Assembly (NCBI GenBank): GCA_054600435.1
Contig: BAAIJX010000039.1
Location: forward strand, 62,001 to 126,000
Reading direction: 5' to 3'
From: Neophaeotheca triangularis
Taxonomy: Eukaryota
DNA: 64,000 nt
Below the pieces are notes generated by a model, which was not told the DNA's origin, searched no databases, and saw only the letters and a program-made list of their open reading frames with translations. A program made the position numbers and the translations under genes. Below are positions 1 to 11,798 of the stretch, in pieces (position 1 is the stretch's first letter; every line of letters starts with the position of its first letter).

Positions 1-1
1 G

Positions 2-928
2 ACAGTCCCAGGTAGCTCGCAGCACTACCCAAGCAAGGTCCTTCTTCCGGGTAGGACATTCGAGCAAGAATTAGGCAGCGTCTTCGCCGAGCAGCCTACC
101 ATCACTGGCCCAAGTACCATATATTGGGGGCCCGGCTTCGATCTGGGCAACAGCATGCGCACGAGCGCTCAAGTAGACGGTGAAAGCAACGGGGGCGGTC
201 GCGCCAGTATCAATTTCGCACCACCAGGTGAGTACTCGAACCCAGCAGCCCAAAAGCGCCGAGACGCAGCGCGAAAGAGTACGAAAGCTAGCGATCGTAC
301 CCTTTTCGGCTCGCTCGTCGCTCTGCCAAGGGCAAGTGAGCCTCCTCCGGCTCTCGACCAGCAGAAGCCTTCTTCCCAACGCGCGGAGGCTGACAAGCTC
401 TTCGAAGCCAGCAGCACCCCCGAGATCTCCGAGTGGGCCAGCCCTGGTACGGTGGCAGCGAGCAACGACTACGACCAGCTCCGCCGCAGCTTCGGCTCCG
501 GCGCCAACCTCGCTCCACCATCGTCCGACGTCCTTACCCTGTCTATTGGTTTTGCCGGTGAAGACAGCACTGAGCCCCGTAAGAGTAAGTTCATTACCTC
601 TTACCCTGAGCCGCGAGACGAGCTTTTTCCCTCTTCACGGCTGGCAAAAGACAATGCACCGTTTGAGCCTCGTTTCAGCGCTGACCAAGATACAGACAGC
701 ACGTTTCCCACCCCTGCCCCCTTCGACATTCCCCCTTCCACCATGGCCCAGGGAGTGGGCCGCTCCTCGCCGTTTACCATGAACCAACAAGAGAGCATGC
801 CGGATACCATGGGAATGCCTACCGAGGGCAGCAGTAGTTTCGGCGGAGCGTTCGAGGGCGAAAATTTCGGCCATGAGGGATCCGGGATCGACTGGGGATT
901 CCCGGACAGCTGGTCGTGGGAGGACTAG
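2..928 (+). CDS. 3' part of a gene running in from the left edge; S/P-rich low-complexity C-terminus (possibly a transcription factor tail)
   Basis: Frame is open from base 2 to TAG at 926-928; ends in acidic/aromatic IDWGFPDSWSWED; no domain visible in the window. Confidence 0.6.
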   Translation, partial: TVPGSSQHYPSKVLLPGRTFEQELGSVFAEQPTITGPSTIYWGPGFDLGNSMRTSAQVDGESNGGGRASINFAPPGEYSNPAAQKRRDAARKSTKASDRTLFGSLVALPRASEPPPALDQQKPSSQRAEADKLFEASSTPEISEWASPGTVAASNDYDQLRRSFGSGANLAPPSSDVLTLSIGFAGEDSTEPRKSKFITSYPEPRDELFPSSRLAKDNAPFEPRFSADQDTDSTFPTPAPFDIPPSTMAQGVGRSSPFTMNQQESMPDTMGMPTEGSSSFGGAFEGENFGHEGSGIDWGFPDSWSWED

Positions 929-1342
929 AGGTCCTGGAGAGAGCAGGTTGTTAGGGGTGTCTCTATTTCAGCAAGATGCCAAGGAGCATCGATGGCAAGA
1001 ATTTCTTGAGGAGTGTGAAGATTCCATTGCATCCATCAAAAAGGGGGATTGAAGGGCAATTTCTCGGCGACCGTAGATACAGGGTCCAATGAAAGCACAC
1101 GAGGACTTGCGCTCAACATACATACTCAAGCATCTATACCAGAAGACTTGCATAATGTCGATCTCTCGCATTCGCGGCTATGGATAATTACACACCAGTG
1201 CCCAAACTAACCAGACCATACTAACCAGACCATGCAAAGCGCCAACGCCAACGCCTATTCCCAAACCCCAACCCCAAGCAAAAGACATAAACCAAACTCC
1301 CCACCTCCCTCACAAACCCCAGACCCCAGACCCCTACCCAGC

Positions 1343-1990
1343 TCAAGCCATCTTCCGCCTCCTCATCATAAACTCCTCATCCCTCCTCAACTCCTCCCGA
1401 CCCCTCAACACAGCACGATCCAAACTCGCCTGAATCCTCCCGGCAATCTCCTCGACAGGCGTCTCCATGCCCACCAACCCAATAAACTTGCCCACCTTGC
1501 GCCTCTTAATCCGCACCCTCTCCTTCTCACTCAGCCCCTCATAAGACTTCTCCCGACCCCCACCAGCGCCACCCGCAACCCCATCCCCCTCCCCGGCCCT
1601 CCCCCAAGCCAAAACCCCCGGCTTCTCAGCCACCAACGCCATCAGCTCATCCACAAACCCAACCTCCTGCGCACTAAGCCTCCGCACGTGGCCGCGCTCC
1701 TTGCGGTCCCCGGCAGCAGCACCGCCCAAAGCTGCGGGCTTGGCGAGGAATTCCTTGTCCCAGTTCATGCTGGCCGGGTAGTGGTGCGTCCAGGGCCCGG
1801 GCGTGGATTGGTGGTAGTAGTGGGCGATGCTGTCGAGTTCGTCTTCGGTCAGGAGGTGGAAGGCCATGAGGGTTTTGGGGAAGTTTGGGTGCGGGGGCCC
1901 CGAGGGGAGCGGGACGAGAGGCGCGAGGCGGAGTTGGAGGGTGCTGATTTTGCGGGCTAGGGCGCTGTTGCGGCGGGTTGTTGGGGCCAT
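1343..1990 (-). CDS. Conserved-looking fungal hypothetical protein (~215 aa)
   Basis: ATG at 1990 (MAPTTRR); protein-like blocks PHPNFPKTLMAFHLLTEDELDSIAHYYHQ and RIKRRKVGKFIGLVGMETP. Confidence 0.75.
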   Translation of the reverse strand: MAPTTRRNSALARKISTLQLRLAPLVPLPSGPPHPNFPKTLMAFHLLTEDELDSIAHYYHQSTPGPWTHHYPASMNWDKEFLAKPAALGGAAAGDRKERGHVRRLSAQEVGFVDELMALVAEKPGVLAWGRAGEGDGVAGGAGGGREKSYEGLSEKERVRIKRRKVGKFIGLVGMETPVEEIAGRIQASLDRAVLRGREELRRDEEFMMRRRKMA

Positions 1991-2864
1991 TTTGTGTTTT
2001 TTTTCTTTGCCCGGGAGGGGGTGTTGTGGGGTGGTGGTTGTGGTTGTGTTCAAGTGCTTCTGTTGATGTTGTGGGATGTTTGCTGTGAGGAGGTGTCGTG
2101 GGTTTGGCTGGAGTTGCTGCGTTTTATGTTTGAGGCTTGGTAGCTTTGCTTGAGCGTCTGAATCGGTAGAGAGTGCAGTGAGCTGATGGGAGGCTTTGGT
2201 ATTCTTTTCGCGACCTGCGTGAGAAGAGCGATAACTGTGTTGAATGCTGAGATTGGGACGTAGTGTTGGTTGTTAAAAGGAAGTGGTTCGAGGAAACGAA
2301 TGGCTTGCAGCGTGAGAGCAGGCTTCTCGAGATATATCTCTTTGTGCTAGACGAAATGAGACAAGCCTCTAAGACTCGCGCCGAGATGATCTCTCGAATA
2401 ATGAAACAAAGGATGCGAGTCGCGTGGCAATACAGCTGCTTCTTTGTCTTACCTTCGACCTCGCACCGTCATGGAAGACCAACCTAGGGACAAGCCTTTC
2501 CAATCAGGTGCCACCGAAGGTCGTACTGAGACGACATACCAGAAACGGTCGAACAGTGGTTGCGACAACGAGCGGAAGCATTCGAATCATTGTTTGAGGT
2601 GGACTAAGCGGACATCTAAAAATTGAAATCTGGGACAAAGCCGTGGGTGGAATGAAGCACAGTCTTGGCAAGTGCTCAATGCGGTTCTCATTGGGCAGGA
2701 CTTGTGGCTTTGAAGCGCAAAGTTGTATAGGTTTGCTATTTCGAGTCTTGTCGACATTCCGGATTGAAGCGGGCCTTCGTGGTATTGCCTCGGAACGCCA
2801 TCCTCGCCGCAGAATACAATTTTTCCACGCTTCCACCCCACCAAACACGAACCACTATACGCGC

Positions 2865-3571
2865 TTAAGCGACCAAAGTGCTGGCGGTGGAAGACTCGTA
2901 CCTCCAGGTCGGGGGAAGGGCGCCGACGGACTTGTAGTAGCGAGACAGGCGGTGGATACGGGACTCGATCAGAATCAGGCGGAACTTGCTGTCCTTGTCC
3001 TTGCGGTTGCGCTCGAGATGCTTGCGGACGGCAACGGCCTGGAATCGACAGATTAGTACTTCCAGAGTCCTTCCACAAAGTAACTAGTAGGAAACGCCAA
3101 CTGACCTTCTTGATGAGCTGGTAAAGGTCCTCAGGGATCTCGGGGGCGAGGCCTATTGAATCACTCTGTCAGTCTGAGACCAAGCAGAGGCATAATTGCA
3201 ACAATATTGCATGATGTCCTTTCTCTTGCCGATCATGATTGATCGCATCCCATTTGTTTCAGACAATGTAAGGCATACCGTGGCTCTTGAGGATACGGAG
3301 GATCTTGTTACCTGAAGCGGGTGTTAGTTCGCCATCTCTCTTCCTTCCCACTTTTTCGCATATACGTACCAGTGACGACCTTGACCTGGGCGATACCGTG
3401 GCTGTCACGGAGCAAGACACCGATCTGCGAAGGGGAGGCACCCTTCTTGGCGAACTTGCAGATTTGCTCGACGACCTGGTCCGGGGTGGTCTTCAACCAC
3501 GACGGAGGTGTGCGCGAGTAGGGGATGGCGGAATCGGAGATACCCTTGCCATTGCTGTGCATGCGACCCAT
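2865..3571 (-). CDS. RPS13: 40S ribosomal protein S13 (uS15), 4 exons: 3571-3370, 3311-3279, 3152-3106, 3038-2865
   Basis: [20 protein letters not shown]...[21 protein letters not shown]...[26 protein letters not shown]; three GT-AG introns splice in frame. Confidence 0.98.
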
Positions 3572-6500
3572 CTTGACGGTGTTTGGAGGGGGTGTTGTCG
3601 GCGAGGTGTTGTCGTTGTCGAGTGCGGCGCTCTTGGGTGAAGTCGGCTACTTTGGTGTGGTATAGAAATTGTGCGAAATTGGAGCATTGTTTAGTCAGCA
3701 TGTACCGAAGCTTGGCAGTGAAGGAAAGTTTGCTACCTTCACCTCGAGCTACAGGAACTCTCCATGCTTCTACCACACCATACTTCAACCTTACGATATA
3801 CAAGATGATGTCTTTCGAGAAGGGGTGGCAGCTCTGTGATTTGCTAGAACCCAAGTACGATGGGCCAAACAATTCAGCAAGCCTACGGTGATATCTACAC
3901 TTGCACTGCTCCTGCCACCACTCAGACCTGCGATTTGATCGAGACTCTGAGCGACGCGTCCAAATTCAACTGGCGAACGCACAAGCTGCCCCAGGATACC
4001 ACCGAGTAATCGCGGAAGATCGCTGCTACGACGTAAGCGTCTGGCAAAGGTGAAGAGTCGAACATCGATACGGTCGTTGAACACACCCACATCCTGAATG
4101 CGTGCGAAAGAGCAATGGTTATGTACGGTTACGACACGGACAGGCTCTCAAGGACATCTCTGGTAAGCAATACACCTCCGCTCCCTTCCTCCATTTTAAA
4201 TGATGATACCTATACACATACATTATTTTCTGGTACCTCTTGTTTTAAAGACCCTCTGGTCTTCGTGAACTCAACGGACTTCTGATCGCACTCTGGCGCA
4301 TTATATTTTGCACCGCAGACTAGTTTCAAGCGCTCATTATGACTGACTGCCTTTACAGATATCCTCGACTTCGCCATATTCCTGCACGCCGAACGCTTCA
4401 TAGGCTGCGTAGAACTTGATGGTTTGGCAAGTACTGACAGCCTGCTCACATCTTTTGAGAATTGTAACATACACCGAAGAACAAATCGGATTGCATCGTA
4501 TCTGGTGGCATTTAAGACATAACAATTGGAGTACCGACGGAGTAGCTGTACTCGCAGACCTTTCCGCTGTGACATCGAGCGTGCTGTAAATGCACACGGG
4601 CTACATTGAGCATCTGAGATGCGAGCCATAGATTTAAGTAGCGATGTCAATGATACTCCATATATTCTTGCCCCGACATATCTCCACGACCAACAGCAAA
4701 GCCAACGAGCCTTCATCTAGCATGCGGTTCCAGGCCACCGCAAGCTCTAGTAAGCTTCTGGCAGCATTCTCCCCTGGCTGAATCTAGAGCAGTGAGATTT
4801 CTCAGCAACACTTCGACGTGGGCCGCAGTAGAAAGGTCGAGCGGATACGGCAGCATGAAAAGAGTGCTTCGGTGAAATAGAAATGCCAGTGCCTACATAC
4901 ATGGGCGGCACTGCCGACCGATCCAACCGTGCCACGCGTTCCAACAACTCGCAAGTGAGAACGATACATCGCGGCCAGCCGCTGGTAACTACCTTACTTC
5001 CGGGACAGGGCGACAAGTGCCACCAGTTCAGCCATGTGTGTACCAGTCGGCATCCCACAATACCAAAATTGCGCGGCAGCGTGGCAATAGAATAGTAATA
5101 ATTCTGCCGTTTTCAACACTTCCCGACAGTCCCGATAGCCACTCTCGCGACATGTGTGACAAGTACCTGCGTACCGAGCCACCGTAGGTTGAACTGACAA
5201 CGCACGACAGCTGCTTCTTATTACATGCATGCACGGCGCCTCGTTCGTCAACGTGGCCGTCCCTGCCAATTTTACGATCGGAAGTGAAAAGAATGGGGGA
5301 TGGAAAAGCAAAAACCTTGTGCAGAAATTATCTTTGATTGCCATGGTAAGGTGGTGGAGGTGAGTGGAGCGGAGTGGAGGGATATGAAATTGAGCTTGAG
5401 AGATTTACGTGTGTCTTTTGTTCTAGAATTTTGGTCGAAAAGAGAGGGATTTGATATTGTTATTGGAGTGCCGAATGACTGGCCGAAGGGCAGGAAGGAA
5501 AGATATCAGGCTGCGTTGACTGGGTGATGGTTTTATCAATTGTTTGCACAGCCCGCGTGCCCTAGGCGGTTGGGCCGGCAGGACACGCGGCGACGATGTG
5601 TACTCTTCGAGCCGTGATGCCGTGTCGAAGAGGAGAGCATCTCGTGGTCAGGATCGGCCCCGGCACCGATGGCTGTGATGGTGGTGTGGTGCGGCTTACC
5701 GTACCGTGATGTGGGTTGGCGGGGCGGCAGAATATTAATGTTACGTCTTGGGTGTGTGCGGGTTCTCGTGAAAGATAAGAGGACGGCGGGAGAGGGCAGG
5801 GGAGGGTAGAAAAGAAGAGGATGGTGGTGGACTACTGGTGGTGTCTTGCCGCGAGTAATAGTATTAGCAAGAAAGCGCAGTCTATCAGAGCTTGTTTCCG
5901 AGAGAATAAATCCTTTCTGTCCTGTGTGGGTTGTATCTCAAATCTGTCAGTAGGAGTAGTGTGACTAGTGTCTGCTCTTGCGAAGAAAGTGTGGGTTTCT
6001 TTACGGGCAACGTCCCTGTAAGATTTATCATTCAAGTTGATTTCGGGGTCCAGCACGGTCCAGCTAGCGCTTTGGTGGGCCGAGCCGATGGCATTATTAT
6101 TATTACTATTCATTCCTGGCGGCTGCTGTTTACTAGGTAGGTACTGTTTGGCTATGTTGTAGGTACATGCGCCGTACCTAGGTATCCTCTGGCTACAGTT
6201 GAGGTTTTGCGCAGTGACATACCTTATGAGCCAGAACTGGCATTGTCGTCGTCATGAGCGACCCTCGATGCGACTGGTCAGTATGGGTAAGCTGAAGGTA
6301 GGTACCTGATCCATCTGATTCTGGAGAGAGCGGCTCGGTCGACCGGTAGCCACGTTAGAGCAGAAGAAGCGCCGATCCCAATGGCGGGGTCTGATTGGGC
6401 CAACGCCGAGACCAAAGGAAATTGGTGCCTGCATTAGCGCCGCAGGCATTAAAGTTGCCGTGCAGCTGCCAGCTGATTAGTGTGTCCAGGGTGTGTGTGT

Positions 6501-6991
6501 AGAGGGGAGGGACGGGAGACTTAGGTACTACTGAGAGAGAGGGCACAGGGCAGGCGCGATCCCCTGGGAGGATATTAAGGGACGCCTTCCCCTTTTCTTC
6601 CGCATTCCTCGCTCTTTGCCTCGTGCGCAGAACATCAAACACAGCCTGGTACCTACCCAGACCTACCTACACTCCTTGCCTGGTCACTGCTCCCTCTTCG
6701 TTCACTCCTTTCTTCTACTCCACACTCACTCACTTGTCATTGACTGACTACCCACGCTCATTGAGAACCCTCGGCCAACAATAGTAGCTGAAACACATTC
6801 TTTTACCCTGAAGAGAGCCTGCGACAATAGCTTGGATCAATCCTGCGCCATTGATACCCCCCGTCCAAACACCCCGAAAAAAGAAACAACCTGCGACTCG
6901 AGCCTCCGAACAAACAATCTACAACTCCACATCTAGCAAGAAACAACGACAGACACATACCTCGTCCCCAATCTAGCAACATCTATCCACG

Positions 6992-8533
6992 ATGAAATAC
7001 CTCTACACCACCGCGGCGCTGTTCGCGGCTGCCGTATCCGTTGCCGCGAACAACGAAGGTTGCACCAACGACGGCGGCAATTGGTACTGCAAACAGGTCA
7101 ACGCAATCACCTACCAGGGCGTTGGTGGAAATGGCAAGTACAACAAGGTCACCAGCATGGACGCCAACTCCGGCACCTGCTCCAGCACCCCGCAGGGCTA
7201 CTCCGGTAGCATGTCGCCCTTGAATGAGGAGGTGAGTAAACGGCGCGACTCTTAACCTGCGATAGCTGTCAGCTCATCATGTCCTTTACAGTTGTCAATG
7301 CACTTCCGTGGCCCTCTCAACCTCAAGCAGTTTGCCGTCTACACCCCCGGCGATCAGAGCTCTTCCAAGAAGGCCAAGGCTCGCCGTAGCGCGACTGAGC
7401 GCCGCCATGCTCACGCTCACGCCCACTCTCACCACCACCTTCACCAACACCAATCCGATATCAAGAAGCGCAACGTCGGTGACATGGTCATCGCAACCAT
7501 CAACGGCGAGGTCGTCAGCTGGGCCAATGACTTTGGCGAAAGCGGAGACAAGACTGCTGCACCCGCTGAAGCGACGGCCAAGGCCACCACCGCTGCCACT
7601 GCTGCCGCCGCTGCGGAAACCACCGAGGCTACCATGGCCGCGCCCAAGAACCGTGTCAACATCGCCGGTCTCGGTGGTGACAGCTCCGACGAGTCCTCCG
7701 CTAAGTCCTCGGACAGCCCCGCTACCACTCCCAGCAGCGACTCTTCTTCCGGCAGCTCTTCTTCCGATTCCTCCAGTTCTTCGGGATCTAACGTTTCCGG
7801 AAGCTGGGGTCGTCAACACTACTTCAACGCCGGCTCTGGTACTCAGGATGGCTTGACCCTTCTCAACCATAACGGTGGTTCTGGCTCAGGTGTCTTCGAC
7901 TACTCCTTCGGCAACTCTCTTTCTTACTCCTCGTCCGACGGCAAATCCGGCAGCGCTTCCCCCGAAGTCTTTTCCGGCAACACTATTGGCTCGTCTGATG
8001 AAGTCATCTTCATGAGTGACGACGAATGTCAAGGCGACTCCTGCGGTTACGTTCGCGATGGCACTGTCGCTTACCACGGCTTTGCCGGTCAGCAGAAGGC
8101 CTTTTTCTTCGAGTTCGAGATGCCTGATGACGGCAAGAGCGGTGCTTCTCAATACGACCCAGTCAACATGCCTGCCATCTGGATGCTCAACGCTCAGATT
8201 CCGCGCACCCTCCAATATGGAAACGCCGACTGCTCGTGCTGGACTTCTGGCTGCGGTGAGTTTGACATTATGGAAGTTCTCGCGCCTGGCGACAAGCGCT
8301 GCAAGTCTACCCTCCACGGGAACATCGCAGGTGGCGACAGCAACTACTTCCAGCGTCCAATGTCCGGTCCTATGAAGATCGGCGTTGTGCTCGACGAGGA
8401 CCAGATCCACATCAAGGTTCTCGAGAACAGCTTTGATTTCAGCGGCAGCCTCAGCCCAGATGATATCAAGTCCATCTGCGAGACCGAAGACACTGCAGGT
8501 GGCTTGTACTCCATCTTCAACCTTGCGCAGTAA
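6992..8533 (+). CDS. TOS1: Secreted TOS1/PGA52-like cell-wall putative glycosidase (DUF2403+DUF2401); intron 7232-7291
   Basis: Signal peptide; GGNWYC...PLNEE-LSMHFRGPLNLKQFAVY; His-rich and Ser-rich linker; NMPAIWMLNAQIPRTLQYG..CSCWTSGCGEFDIMEVL. Confidence 0.92.
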
Positions 8534-9340
8534 TCGCAGTGATTCGCCGCGCAAAGTCAAGTCACAACGACAATCAATGATGACAGCAGCAGAGGAGTTT
8601 CGGGCTTGTGGCGGACCGCCGTTCGTTTCTCCTGTCGATATAGGAAGGGCGATGAACCGGAGGCGTGGTCCTTACTCTTGCATATCGGAAGGGTATGGAA
8701 GGCTTTGGCAGTTTCGTTCTTTCAGAGCACGCGTGGAGTCTTTAGGGCGGGTATACCACTTTCTTCACCATGGATGGACGGATGGCTCGGCTGGCCCGAT
8801 CCCCTGCGCGCGGCATATATGTGTGAGGAAATCATGGCTTTGTGAGGGACTCCATGTAGTGTGAGTGTGTTGTGGGAGGGCTGGCTTAGTCTGGCGTGTC
8901 GTGTTTGCAGGGTGTTTGTACACTGAATTTGAACGAAGTACTCTGATCTTTCATTAGCCTGTTGACTAGTCTTGTCTTGTGGTTGCAATAATAATTGCAT
9001 GATATCAGTCGACAGAAGGTGATCACACAGGCCTAGGTACTTGACTGCTGTGTTCCGCGTGTCATTTCCTATCTCATTGTTCGGTCACTGCAGTCCCTTC
9101 CCCACTGCCGAGGTACTATTGCCGTTTCTGGAGAAAGAATCCGGGGAGCGTGACCCGCAAGGCTCACCTGCAAGCCTCGAGATTGCCGACGACATGCCTC
9201 GCCGCCGCTCTTAACCACCGCCGCCTTTACAGACTCCCCCTCCAGATAGCCGCAACTACCAAACACTAATAATTCTACTCCCCGCAAGGTGCGACGCAGC
9301 CGGAGCACATGCCAAGCGGCAGAATTGCGAGCGGCGCACA

Positions 9341-10812
9341 ATGAGTGGCGCATCGCCGCCCAAACCGTGGGAGAGGGCCGGCGCAGGAGCAGCGACTTCA
9401 TCAGGTGAGGGCGCAGTCCTTGTCTTGAAAACAAGTCTTTGTAGGAAGAGCACAGACTAACTGACCCATGAGCAGCAGCAATACCCTCGTCAGCACCTAC
9501 AACAGCGACAGCAGCGACTCCCACAGCAACCACCGCCTCTTCCGCCCCCGCCCTCCCATCTAGACCCAACTCCCTCAATACCATAGCTTCGCAAACAGCG
9601 AGCAACTACTCATCCCCATACGGCTCCGGTTACGGCGGCATGAATTCCATGGGCTCCATGGGCATGAATCGCTTCGGCTCCGGCTACGGTGGTGGCATGT
9701 ACGGAGGTGGCATGGGAGGCATGTACGGCTCGTCGGGCTACGGCATGGGCGGCTACGGCGGTGGCATGTACGGAGGAGGAGGCATGTACGGCGGTGGCGG
9801 CATGTACGGCCGCCCGGGCTATGGACCGCAAGGCCAGGAACCCAGCCTGAGCCAAACAGTCGGCCAAAGCACACAGCAGGCCTTCCAAATGGTGGAAAGC
9901 TTCATTGGCGCCATTGGTGGTTTCACGCAGATGCTTGAGGGCAGCTATATGGCGACACATTCCTCCTTCTTTGCCATGGTCAGCATTGCCGAGCAAATAG
10001 GCAACTTCCGCGATTCCATCGGCGGCGGCTTCATGACACTCTTCCGCTGGATTCGCACCTTGCTCTGCAAGCTCACCGGCCGCCCACCCCCTGCCGACAG
10101 TAAAGAACTTACCCCAGCTAACTTTGCAGGCTTCACTGGAAGCGGCTCTCCCGACGGCGCAGCCGCGCCAGGCGCACCCCCGCGCGTTTCGAAAAAGCCC
10201 CTCGTCCTCTTCCTCCTCTTCGTTTTCGGTCTCCCCTACCTCATGCGCAAACTCATCAACTCGCTCGCCGCCTCCAACGAAGCCGAGCAACAACGCCTTA
10301 TGGCCAACGACCCATACGCAGCGCAACAAAACGCCGCGCCCCTCGATCCAAGCAAACTCGATTTCTGCAAAGTGTTATACGACTACAGCCCACAACTCCA
10401 ACCAGGCCAGCAAAGTACCGAGGGCATTGACCTCGAAGTCCGTGCCGGCGACCTCGTGGCCGTCATCGGCAAAACCGACCCCACGGGCGCTCCCTCGGAA
10501 TGGTGGCGCTGCCGCGCTCGCGACGGCAGGATGGGATACCTCCCCTCCCCCTATTTGGAAGTCATTCAGCGCAAACCGCAGCAGGCGCAGCTCAAGAGCG
10601 CGAGCGCCGCTTCCAGCCCTCAGGACAGCAGGCTGAATACTATGACTGGCTCGGCTAGCGCGAGTGGTGACAGCAGAGTCAACAGTATGAGCAAGGTCGA
10701 CCGCGAGAAGGCGGCTGTGATGCAGCAAGGCAAGGAGCCGCCGAAGCTGCCTGAAGGCAAGGGCGGTGATGTTGGTGTCGAGAGTTTCCAGAAGGGCGGA
10801 TATTACTCTTGA
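9341..10812 (+). CDS. PEX13: Peroxin 13; intron from 9405 to about 9475
   Basis: N-terminal SPPKPWE, GGMYG-rich region, Peroxin-13_N (STQQAFQMVESFIGAIGGFTQMLE..YMATHSSFFAM), TM segment, C-terminal SH3 (FCKVLYDY...WWRCRARDGRMGYLPSPY). Confidence 0.96.
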
Positions 10813-11275
10813 GCTTATGCGCTGGGGCACGCCTATGCTCGTTGTTCTCATTTTTGTCTTGCTGGCTTGGAAGGTTTCATGCTGGAGATAGGGTGCTCGT
10901 GCGATCTAGCATGGCTATTGCGGGACTGGTAGCGAGAGAGTCTACCGGCAAGAAATGGAAAGACAGCATGGTGTTTTAGGCGTTGTTATTACCTTTTCGG
11001 TTCGCGTCTCTTGGGTTCCTAGAGGCTGGGTCTTGTGTATGTATGTCCGACGGATCTCGCAATATTTTTCATTTCCCCGTCTTTCACTCATCCTTGTACC
11101 TGTGGAAGCCCTTGCCAGTGTCACGCTTTCGTGACTCGTTGTCAGGGCTAATTCTTGCGGCTTATACGCTGTTGCTCAGATGTCAACGCCGAAGTGCTAC
11201 GGCCTCGTTTGCAGGAATGACGCCTACTCAGGCTCCGTACCAAAAGTGTGAGACACGAAACGAAACGCAGAACAA

Positions 11276-11278
<3 letters not shown>

Positions 11279-11309
<31 letters not shown>
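11279..11309. repeat. (TG)n microsatellite, about 15 units
   Basis: Directly visible. Confidence 0.95.
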
Positions 11310-11312
<3 letters not shown>

Positions 11313-11798
11313 ACAATCCCAGGTTCTCGCTAAGACTGCTACCTACTCAAGCCCACCCGTGTTGAAACCGCCGCCGCTCTTATTCAGAAAAGACAAGAAA
11401 CCCCAGCCCAGCTCCCTCTTAGACTCAAAGAAAAGGAAAAAAGAAAGAAAGAAAAACTTCAACCACCCGCGAGCAAAATCTCCTGCCCCCCATGTCCGAT
11501 GTGAGCCCAAGAAGTCTTCTCCGCAACCGCAGCCTTGATGCGTTTCGCGCGCTCGGTCTTGCCTTCGATCAGCCCGAGTCCGCAGGTGTGGCCTGCGACT
11601 AGGGAGCCGCAAACGCAGACCCAGGATTGGAGGGCGAGGCTCCTTTGAAGAGAAGAAAGAGTATGTGTTAGTGGATACATTGCTCGGTAGATGGTTGTTC
11701 GTGCCCCTTCGTAAACCCGCCGTGCTGTTGCTCTCGTACCAGATTTCTGCGGTTTTTCTCGCTCGCTCGCTCAGTGAGATTGACGCGGTTTCACTCAC

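Noticed and set aside
1232..1960. Long antisense/shadow ORFs here and over TOS1, PEX13, CHD1, the histidine kinase and GST
   Set aside because: Explained by GC-rich codon bias of the real gene on the other strand or frame
4199..4285. ATGATGA...CTGA spacing like a box C/D snoRNA
   Set aside because: No terminal stem, no clear C'/D' boxes, no rRNA-complementary guide recognised
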